A stretch of DNA of 64,000 nt, taken from contig JBGPIA010000013.1 in the NCBI GenBank assembly GCA_041484665.1, positions 62,323 to 126,322 of the forward strand, in the 5' to 3' direction. Below, in pieces: positions 47,271 to 57,310 of the stretch. The notes beneath the pieces were generated by a model, which searched no databases, was not told the DNA's origin, and worked only from the letters and a program-made list of their open reading frames with translations. Both the position numbers and the translations under genes were made by a program. Source of the DNA: Candidatus Krumholzibacteriia bacterium. GTDB taxonomy: Bacteria; Krumholzibacteriota; Krumholzibacteriia; JAJRXK01. How positions within the stretch are numbered: position 1 is the first letter of the stretch; each line of letters begins with the position of its first letter.

Positions 47271-47320
47271 AGAGCCCCGGCAGCACCGCCTGGCGAAAGC
47301 GCTGGATGCGCAACGCGCAG

Positions 47321-49000
47321 TTACGGAATCCGCACGACCCGCCAGTGCGAGCCCTCGAGCAAGACGGGTAGCGCGGCGCCGCTACCCGGCGCCATATCGC
47401 GTGGCACGATCGCCAAGCGTACACCGGCCTTTGACAGCGCCTGCAGGCACGCCGCATCGGCGCTGGGATAGCACGCCGCGCGCAACGCGCGGACCTCCGC
47501 CGGCACGAACCCACTCGACCCGCCCGCGACCGGTTGGCCGGACAGCGCGGCCCACAGCATGCTCCGCGCGTCCTGCGGCCCCTCGCGGATCTCGCCCTGT
47601 GGCTGCGGGAAGGAAATCCACGGTGTGGGGTGCGGCTGGTGCGCGAGGAGCTCCACGATCTGGCGCTCCTCGCCCTGGGGCGTAACGGCCACGCGTTGGA
47701 TCGGTCCGGGGGCCAGCTCCAGCAACGCGGCCAGCACCAGCATCAGCATTGGCACCGGCAGCAACGCTGCCGCCCGCCGCCGGCCCCGCACGCGCTTTGC
47801 CAGCGCCGCCGCGCCCACGCCTCCGCACAGCGCCAACGGCAGCGTCACGACGACGAAGAAGCGCGACGGAGCGCGGATCGCACGCAGCGGCCACAGCGCG
47901 TCCTGCAGCCACGCAAACGGCATCGTCGTCTCACCCAGCCCCGGCAGCGGCAGGCTGCGCCCGAACGACAGCACCAGCCCGGCGAGCGCGGCCAGCGCCA
48001 GGCCGCATTGCCAGCGTCGCGTGGCGGAGTCGGCGGATCTCCATAGAAGCGCCGCACCGGCCGCAGCCAGCATCGTCCACAGCCACCCGGGGTAGAGGCT
48101 CGAGCGGTTCGCCAGCGCGCGCGGCCACGGCAACAGATGCGACCCGGGAGGATGCGCGAGGTCGAACACGCGCGCCGAGAACGGCCCCGACTGCGCTGCC
48201 GTGCGCGTGTAGCCAGGCACGGCTGCGGCGGCGGCCACGTAGGGACGGCTCCAGATCCAGGTGGCGGCGGCAACCGCCAGCAGCACGCCCGAGAGCACCA
48301 GCCACTCCCGCCGCCGCAGGCGCGACGCCAGGCACGGCAGCATCACCGCGCAGGCCAGGCACGCGGCGGCCATCGCATAGAGACCGCTGGCAAGCTGCGC
48401 GAGCAGCGCGCCCGCAAGCACGACCGCGCCCCCCTGCCGGCGGCGCGCGAGCAGGAGCATCCCCAGCATGGCCAGCGGCAGCCACGGGCTCGGCAGCTGG
48501 TTGAGGTGCATGAAGTGGCTCGCGGCATACGGGCTGAGCGCGTAGGCCCAGCCCGCCAGCCACGCTCCGCCGCGCCCGGCGCCGGCGCGCCGCGCCAGGA
48601 GCACGGTTGCCCCGAAGGCCAGCGCCAGCGTGATCGCCAGCGCCGCGTTGTACGCCAGCGCCGGATTGGCGCGTACGCCGGGCAGCCACGCCACCAGCAC
48701 CGCCTGGCCGACCAGAGGATCCATGTACGCGAGGCTGCAGGGCGCCGGCCAGAAGAACGGCGCGCTCCAATCGGTCGCGCGCAGCGGCAGATGCTCGAGC
48801 GTGTAGTGCAGGATGGCCGCTTGCTGCATCGGGTCGAGGCCGCTTCCCAGCGCTGGGATGTCGCGCCACGGCACGGCGCGGCTCAGCAGCAACGGCGCGC
48901 TGCCCGCAAGCAGCGCGCCCGCAAGGACGAAGGCGCGCCAGCGGTCGAGGCGAAGCGGAAACGTGCGCGTGGACGCCATGGGATTGCTCGAGCGAGCCAT
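47321..49000 (-). CDS. Multi-TM membrane protein, GT-C / YfhO-like
   Basis: DP motif, APFFWP..SLAYMD, LAYN, AYALSPY, IRAPSRF, GSSGFVP. Confidence 0.65.
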   Translation of the reverse strand: MARSSNPMASTRTFPLRLDRWRAFVLAGALLAGSAPLLLSRAVPWRDIPALGSGLDPMQQAAILHYTLEHLPLRATDWSAPFFWPAPCSLAYMDPLVGQAVLVAWLPGVRANPALAYNAALAITLALAFGATVLLARRAGAGRGGAWLAGWAYALSPYAASHFMHLNQLPSPWLPLAMLGMLLLARRRQGGAVVLAGALLAQLASGLYAMAAACLACAVMLPCLASRLRRREWLVLSGVLLAVAAATWIWSRPYVAAAAAVPGYTRTAAQSGPFSARVFDLAHPPGSHLLPWPRALANRSSLYPGWLWTMLAAAGAALLWRSADSATRRWQCGLALAALAGLVLSFGRSLPLPGLGETTMPFAWLQDALWPLRAIRAPSRFFVVVTLPLALCGGVGAAALAKRVRGRRRAAALLPVPMLMLVLAALLELAPGPIQRVAVTPQGEERQIVELLAHQPHPTPWISFPQPQGEIREGPQDARSMLWAALSGQPVAGGSSGFVPAEVRALRAACYPSADAACLQALSKAGVRLAIVPRDMAPGSGAALPVLLEGSHWRVVRIP

Positions 49001-49015
49001 CGCGGTTCCGGCCCG

Positions 49016-50119
49016 CTAGAGCTCCACCCTTTCCGCCTCCTGAGCCACCCGGCAGCCGAGCGCCTCGATGGCGCGGCGCGCCGCACTCGTGTCGCAGAGC
49101 GCCGGATTGGTGTGGTTCAGGTGTACGAATCGCACCTTGGCGCGCTCGGCCGCGGGCAGCGCCGACAGACGGCGTAGCGTCGCTTCGATCAATGGATGCG
49201 GGATCTCGTCCAGATTCCGGCCCGGGAGCTCGTCACCGCTGAAGAAGGTCCCATCGAGATAGGCTGCGTCCACCTCGCGCAGCAGCGACTCCAGGCGCCC
49301 CGCGCCCGCCTGCGCGTCCCACGTCTCCCACCGGTCGATGTCGGGGATCCACGCCACGGCATGCGCCGGGCCACGGATCAGGAAGCCCGCCGTCTCGGTG
49401 TACTCGTCCCGATGCGGCACCAGCAGCGCCGTGACGGTCACGCGCGCACCCAGCACCACCGCTACGCCGGCCTCCATGGGGCGCAGCTCGATGTTGTGCA
49501 GGCGCACGAGCTGGTCCCACGGCCCATTGTGCGAGAGGAACTCGCGCATGCGCGGTAGAGCATACACGGGGACATCGTGCGTGCCCATCACCTCGCGCCC
49601 GAGCTGCATCAGTCCGGTGTAGTGACCCACGTGGCCGTGCGTGAGCAGGAACCCAGTCAGCTCGGGCGCGCGCGGACCCTGGGGTACGGAAGCGCCGGCC
49701 GGCGTGCGCACGGACCCCAGGGCGAGCGCGTCGAGCATGTGCAGCTGCTCGCGGAAGTCGGGCGTCGCATCGATCAGCCAGCATTCACCGGAGCTGGGGT
49801 CGACAATCGCCAGACTCGCCACGTGACGGCGCAACTCTGGCCGCGCCCATGCCGCGGCGCAGCAGGCCCGCCGGCAGCCCGCCTGCGGGAAGCCCCCGTC
49901 CTGGGCGATGCCCAGCACCAGGGTGACCGGCGGTGCTGTGAGCCTGACGTCGGGGGCGCGCAGCGCTGGGGCCTCGGCCGCCAGGGGGGCTCCGGAAGCC
50001 CCCGCGTGGGCCGGACCGACGGCCGCAGCGGTGACGCAGACCAATACAGCGGCGACGAGGGCCTGCCGAATCCTGGCCCGCGTGGCCCCTGCGGGCCTCA
50101 CTGGTGCTCCTGCGGCCAT
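49016..50119 (-). CDS. PqqB-like metallo-beta-lactamase-fold hydrolase with signal peptide
   Basis: LGIAQDGGFPQAGC, IDATPD, LTHGHVGHYTG, VPHRDE, DGTF, HLNHTNP. Confidence 0.82.
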   Translation of the reverse strand: MAAGAPVRPAGATRARIRQALVAAVLVCVTAAAVGPAHAGASGAPLAAEAPALRAPDVRLTAPPVTLVLGIAQDGGFPQAGCRRACCAAAWARPELRRHVASLAIVDPSSGECWLIDATPDFREQLHMLDALALGSVRTPAGASVPQGPRAPELTGFLLTHGHVGHYTGLMQLGREVMGTHDVPVYALPRMREFLSHNGPWDQLVRLHNIELRPMEAGVAVVLGARVTVTALLVPHRDEYTETAGFLIRGPAHAVAWIPDIDRWETWDAQAGAGRLESLLREVDAAYLDGTFFSGDELPGRNLDEIPHPLIEATLRRLSALPAAERAKVRFVHLNHTNPALCDTSAARRAIEALGCRVAQEAERVEL

Positions 50120-50162
50120 GCCCCCTCCGCGCCCCGGGCTTGACGGGGCTTTACGCTGGACT

Positions 50163-50189
50163 CCAACCTTTTCCCCATCCCGCATCGTC
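50163..50189 (+). promoter_or_regulatory. Putative ECF-dependent autoregulatory promoter
   Basis: CCAACC-N17-CGTC upstream of the ECF sigma gene. Confidence 0.45.
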
Positions 50190-50245
50190 CAACCGGATGC
50201 AGGAACAGGCAAGGGCCGGCTGGGGCCCGCGGCGCCTGCGGACAC

Positions 50246-50905
50246 ATGTTGACCCAAGGGGTGACCACTCTGGAGCTGAGGGGGCAGGCGCGGCCGGCTT
50301 CGCTTCACCCCCCGCTCGAGGAGGCCGTGAGCGCGGCTTCTGCGGGCGACACCAGGGCGTTCGAGCGGCTCTACCGAGCGCACGTCGCACGCGTGCACAG
50401 CCTGGCTCGGCGCATGGCCGGCGACGGCGAGGCCGACGAGTTCACGCAGGAGATCTTCATCCGCGCGTGGGAGAAGCTGCCACAGTTCCGTGGCGACAGC
50501 GCGTTCGGGACCTGGCTCTACCGTCTGGCGGTCAACCACCTGCTGACGCGCTGGCGGTCGCAGGGGCTGCGCCGGGCGCGCTTCCTCGACGACGAGAAGG
50601 TGCTGGAGCGCGCGATGGAGACGGTGCCCGCGCGCCCGGCCGGTGTCGACCTGCAGATGGACGTCGAGGCGGGGATCGCCCGCCTCCCCGACGGCTCGCG
50701 CGCGGTGTTCGTGCTGCACGACGTCGAAGGCTACCGTCACGAGGAGATCGCGCAGATGCTCGGCATCAACGAGGGGACCAGCAAGTCACAGCTGCACCGT
50801 GCGCGCATGGCGCTGCGCGGGTTCCTCACGCAGCCGGCGCGCGCGGGCGACGGCCAGGCTGACCACGGCGGGAGCGCTCCCGCCAGCGAGGCGGGTGAGT
50901 CATGA
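50246..50905 (+). CDS. ECF RNA polymerase sigma factor
   Basis: GDTRAFERLY, FGTWLYRLAVN, EEIAQMLGINEGTSKSQLHRAR. Confidence 0.92.
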   Translation: MLTQGVTTLELRGQARPASLHPPLEEAVSAASAGDTRAFERLYRAHVARVHSLARRMAGDGEADEFTQEIFIRAWEKLPQFRGDSAFGTWLYRLAVNHLLTRWRSQGLRRARFLDDEKVLERAMETVPARPAGVDLQMDVEAGIARLPDGSRAVFVLHDVEGYRHEEIAQMLGINEGTSKSQLHRARMALRGFLTQPARAGDGQADHGGSAPASEAGES

Positions 50906-51693
50906 GCGAGATCGACAACGGTAAGGACCAGCATCAGCGCAACGACCGGGGTGATGTCGGGGCCCACGGCAAGGCCGCCGATGCGGCCCACAGTCAGGCC
51001 AGGCACGCGCTCGACGGCGCCCAGAGCGAGCGGCTCTCCGCGTACCTCGACGGTGAGCTCACCGCGCCACAGCGCGAGCAGCTCGAGCGGGAGATCGCCG
51101 CCGATCCGCGTGTCGCGCAGCTCCTCGCGGGGCTGCGCGCGGTGCGCAACCAGGCGTTGTCGCTCGCCGATCGTCCCCCGCAGCAGGATCTCTGGCCGGC
51201 GATCGCGGCGCGCACGGCCATGGGCCGGCGCCGGCCGCATCCCGGGGCCGGGCGCCGGTACGCGCTCTCGCTGCCACAGCTGGCGGCGGCGGCCGTCGTA
51301 CTGATCGTGCTCTCGTCGGCGCTGACGGCGGTCCTGAGTGGCGCTCTGCGCTTCGGTCAGCGCGGCACGCAGCCCGCTACGGGCCAGGCGACCTCCGGCG
51401 AGAACGCACTGGCGTGGCGCGTGCGGCAGGCCTCCTTCGCACAGCGCGAATACGACAAGGCGATCCGCGACCTGGAGCACGCCCTCGCGCAGCAGAAGGG
51501 CCGGATCGACTCGACGACGTACAACGTGATCGTGAAGAACCTGGCGATCGTGGACCTGGCGGTGACGCAGACACGCGCGGCTCTGGTGCAGGATCCCCAA
51601 GACGAGTATCTGAACGCATACCTGGCCAGCACGATGCAGCGCAAGCTGAAGCTGCTTCGCCAGGCCAGCGCTCTGGCCGACGTGCCGATCTGA
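50902..51693 (+). CDS. Membrane anti-sigma factor
   Basis: LSAYLDGEL; one TM; ATGA coupling to sigma. Confidence 0.85.
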   Translation: MSEIDNGKDQHQRNDRGDVGAHGKAADAAHSQARHALDGAQSERLSAYLDGELTAPQREQLEREIAADPRVAQLLAGLRAVRNQALSLADRPPQQDLWPAIAARTAMGRRRPHPGAGRRYALSLPQLAAAAVVLIVLSSALTAVLSGALRFGQRGTQPATGQATSGENALAWRVRQASFAQREYDKAIRDLEHALAQQKGRIDSTTYNVIVKNLAIVDLAVTQTRAALVQDPQDEYLNAYLASTMQRKLKLLRQASALADVPI

Positions 51694-51753
51694 CGCAGCT
51701 CGGGAACGCGGGGTGGATGAGGCAGAGGTGGAACGAAGGGAGAGGTGGTAGCC

Positions 51754-52698
51754 ATGATGTCGAACGTGCTAACGACGGTGGCGCTGGCGGCGGCGCTGGT
51801 GAACGGGCAGACCGATCGCACCGTGCCCGTCCAGAAGGGCGCGCGCCTGGAGATCCAGAATTACGGCGGATCGGTGACGGTCAAGGCTTGGGACAAAGAT
51901 GAGATCCACGTCCTGGCCGACCATGGCAGCAATGACGAGGTGCAGATCGATGCCTCCGGCAAGGTCGTCACCATCGAAGGACAATCCCGCCACGGCCGGC
52001 CGGCCATCACCGACTTCGAGCTGACCGTGCCGCGCTGGATCTCGGTCACCGTCGACGGCCCCTACACCGACGTCAACATCGACGGCCTGGAGGGCGAGGT
52101 CGTCGTCCAGACGGTCGAGGGCGAGGTGCAGGTGCGCGGCGGGCGCGGAGTTGTTGCGTTGAAGTCCGTCGAGGGTGAGGTGATGCTTCAGGGTGCGCAG
52201 GGACGGCTCGAGGTGAACAGCGTCGACGGTAGCGTAAAGGTCGTCGACTGCAGCGGGTCGCTTGCCGTCGAGGCGATCGACGGCGACATCACGCTCCAGA
52301 AGATCCAGGCCAACGAAGTCGAAGCCAACACGGTCGACGGCGATATCGTCTACGAAGGAACCGTCGCGGAGCGCGGCCGCTACCAATTCGGCACGCATGA
52401 TGGCGCCGTCGTAGTGGTGCTGCCCGACAACCCCAACGTGAGCGTCTCGGTGGCCGTGCTCGACGGAAAGTTCGACTGCGACTTCCCCGTCTCCATCAAG
52501 GAGGAGCGGAAGAAGGGCAAGCGTTTCCGGTTCGTGTTGGGCTCGGGGGAAGCGCAGATGGAGCTGGAGACCTTCTCGGGGAGCGTGTGGCTGAAGAGCC
52601 AGAGCTCGGCCAAAGCGCAAGCGCAGGATCAGGGCGAGCAGCCGGAGCAGCCCGAGCCACAGAAGCACAAGAGCAAGCACAAGGAGCGGGACGAGTAG
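51754..52698 (+). CDS. DUF4097-family beta-strand repeat protein
   Basis: Repeated TVxGxV strands; terminal ELETFSGSV; typical ECF operon member. Confidence 0.8.
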   Translation: MMSNVLTTVALAAALVNGQTDRTVPVQKGARLEIQNYGGSVTVKAWDKDEIHVLADHGSNDEVQIDASGKVVTIEGQSRHGRPAITDFELTVPRWISVTVDGPYTDVNIDGLEGEVVVQTVEGEVQVRGGRGVVALKSVEGEVMLQGAQGRLEVNSVDGSVKVVDCSGSLAVEAIDGDITLQKIQANEVEANTVDGDIVYEGTVAERGRYQFGTHDGAVVVVLPDNPNVSVSVAVLDGKFDCDFPVSIKEERKKGKRFRFVLGSGEAQMELETFSGSVWLKSQSSAKAQAQDQGEQPEQPEPQKHKSKHKERDE

Positions 52699-52774
52699 GG
52701 GCGGGGTCTGAAGTCCGCGCGGGGGCCGGTCGCCGCTGCGGGACCGGACGGCACGATGCGGCCCCTCGCCGCTG

Positions 52775-53323
52775 CTACGCCCTGCGTGTCGAACGGTCGG
52801 TGATGAGCTCGGGGTGCTTGCGCCGGACGTTCTCGACGATGTAACAATCCCAGCAGACAGGCGAGTGGGACTCGAGTACGTGGGTGAGGCTTTCGGCGGC
52901 GATCTGGCTCCACTGCAGGATCACGCCATCCGGACTCAGGAGTCCGGGATCGTGACCTCCCCAACTGATCGGCCCGATCACCTTGCCGCAGCAGGCACAG
53001 CTCGCGCCGTCGTACCAGCGGGCCACGATGTTGCGGACGAGGCAGTCGTACGGCGCGCTCTCGATCTGGGTCAAGCACTCCTGGCCACAGCCAGCGCGCT
53101 CGGGCCAGCGCGAGCAGTGCTGGAGCTGCAGGCCGCGCTCACCCAGCGAGCCGCGCAGCGCCGCGCGGCGGGCGTCGACCTCGACGCCAACCGGCAACAG
53201 CGTCTCGGGGCAGCGCACGATGCGTTTGCCTCGCCATTTCCACCAGGTCGGCAGGGTTCTGCGAGCGAGGACGACGACGGCGATCGCCAGGATAGCGCCG
53301 ATCAACAGGACGGCGGTGCGCAT
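52775..53323 (-). CDS. Cys-rich membrane-anchored hypothetical protein
   Basis: GGAGG RBS; N-terminal TM; CPET, CSRWPERAGCGQEC, CACC, CWDC. Confidence 0.75.
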   Translation of the reverse strand: MRTAVLLIGAILAIAVVVLARRTLPTWWKWRGKRIVRCPETLLPVGVEVDARRAALRGSLGERGLQLQHCSRWPERAGCGQECLTQIESAPYDCLVRNIVARWYDGASCACCGKVIGPISWGGHDPGLLSPDGVILQWSQIAAESLTHVLESHSPVCWDCYIVENVRRKHPELITDRSTRRA

Positions 53324-53647
53324 GGCGGCACCTCCTTGTTGGGACGTCCGGCGAGGTGAGGTGCGCGTGGGGCCCCGGGTTTGCCCGCGGGAGCGCGAGG
53401 ATGACGCGGCGTCCACTTCCAAGGTAGGCACGCGGCGCGGCCGGACAAAGGCGGATGAAGGCGCGAGCGGGCCGGTGGACTCTGGAAGTGTGATCTGCAG
53501 GCGCTAGCGCGCCGCAGCCGCTGGAGAGTGCCCTGGCCGCCGTAGCTGAGGTGGCTGCCGCGACTGGCGTGACCGCTGCGGCTGCCGCGAAGGGCGACGG
53601 GTCAGGCGGCCGGCCAGCCCAGGGGAACAACCGCCTTGCGCGGGTCG

Positions 53648-54685
53648 TCAGCCGCCCAGCGTGATCATCTCGATCTTGCGGTGATCCTCGGGCCGGTAGG
53701 GGACGCCCGAGCGGATCGCTTCCCAGCGCTCCTCCGAGTAGCGGTCCGTGCGCCGTTCCCACAGGCCGCGCACGAGGCTGGCGATCTGCTCGTCCGTGGC
53801 GCCGGACCGCAGTGGCCCCTTGAGATCGTGGGCGCTGGCGGAGAACAGGCAGGTGACGAGCTTGCCATCGGCGGTGAGGCGCAAACGGGAGCAGCTCCCG
53901 CAGAACGGCTCGGTGACCGAGCCGATCACGCCCAGCTCGCCCGTGCCGTCCTCGAAGGCGTAGTCGACGGCGGGCGCGCGCCCGTCGTCGCGACCGGTCT
54001 CGCGCAGCGGCCAGCGCTGGCGGATCCGGTCGAGGATCTCCTGCTTGGGGAAGGTGCGCTCGAGGCTCCAGCCGTTGGCATTGCCGACGTCCATGTATTC
54101 GATGAACCGGATCTCGAAGCCGTGCTCGCGCGCGAACTGCAGGAGGTCCAGGACCTCGTCGTCGTTCACGCCGCGTAGGATCACGGCGTTGAGCTTGATG
54201 GGGGCGAAGCCCGCGTCGCGCGCCGCGAAGATGCCGGCCATCACCGCGGCGTGATCGTCACGCTGGGTGATCGTCTTGAAGCGGTCGGGGCGCAGCGTGT
54301 CGAGGCTGACGTTGATGCGCGTGAGCCCCGCGGCCTTGAGCGCGAGCGCCTTGGGCGCCAGCAGCGATGCGTTGGTGGTGAGGCTGAGATCATGCAGCCC
54401 GGGCAGCGTCGCGAGACGCGCCACCAGCCGCTCGAGATCCTGGCGGACCAAGGGCTCGCCGCCGGTGAGACGGATCTTCTCCACGCCTAGCTGCAGGAAG
54501 ACGCTCGCCAGGCGCTCGATCTCCTCGAACGTCAGGATCTCCTGCCGCTTGATCCAGGTGTACCGCTCGTTGGGCATGCAGTACGAGCAGCGGTAGTTGC
54601 AGCGGTCGGTCACAGAGATGCGCAGGTCGCGCAGCGGCCGCTGCAGGATGTCGAGGATCGGGGAGACGGAGGAAGGGGAGCTCAT
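53648..54685 (-). CDS. moaA: GTP 3',8-cyclase (radical SAM)
   Basis: LRISVTDRCNYRCSYCMP, FCGSCSRLR, C-terminal MITLGG. Confidence 0.96.
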   Translation of the reverse strand: MSSPSSVSPILDILQRPLRDLRISVTDRCNYRCSYCMPNERYTWIKRQEILTFEEIERLASVFLQLGVEKIRLTGGEPLVRQDLERLVARLATLPGLHDLSLTTNASLLAPKALALKAAGLTRINVSLDTLRPDRFKTITQRDDHAAVMAGIFAARDAGFAPIKLNAVILRGVNDDEVLDLLQFAREHGFEIRFIEYMDVGNANGWSLERTFPKQEILDRIRQRWPLRETGRDDGRAPAVDYAFEDGTGELGVIGSVTEPFCGSCSRLRLTADGKLVTCLFSASAHDLKGPLRSGATDEQIASLVRGLWERRTDRYSEERWEAIRSGVPYRPEDHRKIEMITLGG

Positions 54686-54943
54686 GGGCGTTGATCGTGC
54701 GCGCCAACCGCCGGCGCGGCCGCAGGCGCGCGGGCTGCGCGACCTGGGCCAGGGGGTGCTGTCCGCGCGCCTTGCTCCCAGGATACAGGAATCCCCCGGG
54801 CCTCACCAGGCAGCGCGGAGAATGGCGGGTCCGGGCCGACTTTGGCGGGTCTAGACCGACCCCGGCGGGTCCGGATCGATCGCGAGGGTTGAGGGAGGTT
54901 GCGGGGGAGCGAGCCGAACCCGGCATCGCCGCCGCGCGCCCCG

Positions 54944-55450
54944 TCAGGGCCGGTAGAACGCTCCCTTGCCCCCGAATTGCGGGGCGAACTCATCCTCGGC
55001 CAGGCCGCGCTGGCGCACCGAGTCGTGCTGGATCCAGATCCGCCGCTCGCCGGTACGCTGCTCCACGAGCACGCGCGACACCATCCCGCAGTGGTCTGCG
55101 TTGGGAGTCACGTAGATGTCGCCTGCCCGCACGCGCTCGAGCTGGCTGACGCGCGTGAGGCCGCCGAAGAGGTCGCGTACGCGCGTCGTGAAGCCGCGCA
55201 GGCAGCGGTTGTGGGGGGCGCCGGTCTGGATGGCGAGCTGGTGCGCGACCCAGTGGGCACAGCCGGTTCCATGCATCGGGGACCAATCATCGTGGCCGAG
55301 ATAGGTCAGGAAGCACTCGGCCGGGACGACGTGGCGGTCGACGCGCAGGCGCGCGGCATCCTGACCGTCGCGGCACGGCTCGCAGTAGTTGTTCCCGGCG
55401 ATGGCGACGACCGCGTCGCGCCCTGGATGATAGACGCACTGCCCTGCCAC
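54944..55450 (-). CDS. Hypothetical protein: N-terminal Zn-finger plus putative papain-like amidase domain
   Basis: CVYH...CEPC; GCAHWVAHQL; GDIYV...DHCGMV. Confidence 0.6.
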   Translation of the reverse strand: MAGQCVYHPGRDAVVAIAGNNYCEPCRDGQDAARLRVDRHVVPAECFLTYLGHDDWSPMHGTGCAHWVAHQLAIQTGAPHNRCLRGFTTRVRDLFGGLTRVSQLERVRAGDIYVTPNADHCGMVSRVLVEQRTGERRIWIQHDSVRQRGLAEDEFAPQFGGKGAFYRP

Positions 55451-55492
55451 CGCGGCCCGTCCTTCCTCTTCTTCGTAGTCCCGCTGCCGGGC

Positions 55493-55906
55493 TCAGGGTC
55501 CGCCGCTGGACAGCGCACGCTCCACATCCTGTAGCTGCTTGCGGATCGCCCCGCGAGCCCGTGGCGCTGCGAGGTCGCGGTAGAAGCTCGCCGGGTCGAG
55601 CGCCGCTTGGCGCGCCGGCACGAACGATCGCTCGAGGAGCTCGACGGCGGTCCACGCCTGTGGCGTTCCCTCATAATCCGCGTAGCGCCGCTGCTGCAGC
55701 TCCTGCGGCGAGAGGATGAGCATGTCCCGCAGCGCGCGGCGGATCTCCTTGCGATTCTCCACGGTCTCGGACTGGCGCTCGGCGCCGTCGAGGTACTCCG
55801 CCACCACGTTGGGCTGGGCGTGGGTGCAGGCGCCCACGACGAGACCCAGCAGCAGGAGCAACAGAAGGGTGCGGACCGCCGCGGGCTGGGCATGGAGCGA
55901 ACGCAT
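55493..55906 (-). CDS. Putative lipoprotein
   Basis: Hydrophobic leader with lipobox VGAC. Confidence 0.65.
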   Translation of the reverse strand: MRSLHAQPAAVRTLLLLLLLGLVVGACTHAQPNVVAEYLDGAERQSETVENRKEIRRALRDMLILSPQELQQRRYADYEGTPQAWTAVELLERSFVPARQAALDPASFYRDLAAPRARGAIRKQLQDVERALSSGGP

Positions 55907-56144
55907 ACCGAAAGCGTAGCGCAGGGTGGAGGCCAGCGACAAGGAGGCTGCCTGCGCGGCTAGCTTGCGCGGCCAGCTTGCTTGCCCGCGCCGGCCCGGT
56001 CGTGGACAATGTGCCGTCCACCGCCCCGTGCTCCGCCGGTCGTCCGGGGCGCGAGAGTGCCGATCGGGCTCCCGGGCGGCACCACAGCCGGGTGTGGGAC
56101 GGGAATCGGGGCGAGAACTGCGGCCGTGGCGGAGAATGCAGAGC

Positions 56145-57152
56145 ATGGGCACACGGGGTATCGCCAGAGTGCAGGTGGTTGCCGCCGCGGCCCTGTTCTC
56201 CACCGGGGGGGCGGCGATCAAGGCGGCCTCGCTCACCGGCTGGCAGGTCGCAAGCTTCCGGTCGGGGATCGCCGCCGTGGTGGTCTGGCTGATGCTGCGG
56301 CCGACGCGCGACGCATGGTCGCGGCGCGCACTCATCGTCGGGGCGGCCTACGCCGGCACGATGACGCTCTTCGTGCTCGCGAACAAGCTCACCACGGCGG
56401 CCAACTCCATCTTCCTACAGTCGGCCTTTCCATTATATGTCCTGCTGCTGGGGCCGTGGGTACTGCGCGAGCCGACGCGCCGTCGCGACCTCGTGTTCAT
56501 GGCATTCGTGCTGGCGGGTCTGCTGCTGTTCTTCGTGGGAACCGAGGCTCCCCGCGCCACGGCGCCCAACCCCTTGGCCGGCAACATGCTGGCGATCGCC
56601 AGCGGGCTCTTCTGGGCGCTCACGATCGTGGGGCTGCGGTGGATGGGGCGAGTGCGGCCGCTGGAGGCTACAGCGGCGGGCGGTGCGGTGAGCGGTGCGG
56701 CGGATGTCGTGGCGGGTGACGCGGTCGACGGCGCTGCGGGCGGCGCTGTGCGCGGAGCTGCAGGCGGCGCTGCGGGTGGCTCGGCAGGCGCCGGGGCCGC
56801 TTCGGGGGTGGCCGCGGCCGTGGTGGCGGGCAACGTGATCGCCTTCCTGGTCGGCCTGCCGCGCGCCCTCCCGGTGCACGCGATCGGACCTCGGGACTGG
56901 ATCGTCGTCGGCTATCTTGGCGTGTTCCAGATCGCGCTGGCCTACGTGTTCCTCACCGCCGGGCTGCGCAAGCTGCCCGCGTTGGAGGCCTCGGTACTGC
57001 TGCTGATCGAGCCGGCGCTCAACCCGATCTGGGCCTGGCTCGTGCACCACGAGCGGCCGGGCGCATGGGCGCTGCTGGGTGGGGCGCTCATCGTAGGAAC
57101 GACCGTCGCGCGCACTTGGTGGGAGAGCCGGCGCGTTCCCGCCAGCGCCTGA
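56145..57152 (+). CDS. EamA/DMT family transporter
   Basis: ANKLTTAANSIFLQ, LLIEPALNPIW; about 10 TMs with Gly/Ala insert. Confidence 0.88.
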   Translation: MGTRGIARVQVVAAAALFSTGGAAIKAASLTGWQVASFRSGIAAVVVWLMLRPTRDAWSRRALIVGAAYAGTMTLFVLANKLTTAANSIFLQSAFPLYVLLLGPWVLREPTRRRDLVFMAFVLAGLLLFFVGTEAPRATAPNPLAGNMLAIASGLFWALTIVGLRWMGRVRPLEATAAGGAVSGAADVVAGDAVDGAAGGAVRGAAGGAAGGSAGAGAASGVAAAVVAGNVIAFLVGLPRALPVHAIGPRDWIVVGYLGVFQIALAYVFLTAGLRKLPALEASVLLLIEPALNPIWAWLVHHERPGAWALLGGALIVGTTVARTWWESRRVPASA

Positions 57153-57158
57153 TCGCTC

Positions 57159-57300
57159 GCCTGCGGGTGATTGCCGGCCTTCGGGTGGCCGACCACTTTC
57201 GGGCGACCGCCGACCCTCGGGTGCCCGCCGGCTTCTGCGTGAGCGCCGGTCTTTGGGTGATCACCTGCCTTCGGGTGACCGGCCACCTGCGCACGTGACC
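57159..57300. repeat. Degenerate 18-bp tandem array (about 8 units)
   Basis: Units resembling GCCTTCGGGTGACCGCCG between convergent genes. Confidence 0.75.
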
Positions 57301-57310
57301 GTCGGCCCGC

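Noticed and set aside
54686..54940. Moco riboswitch upstream of moaA
   Set aside because: Could not recognise the conserved Moco RNA elements by eye; an Infernal search would be needed
57159..57300. CRISPR array
   Set aside because: Units are contiguous and degenerate with no unique spacers; no cas genes
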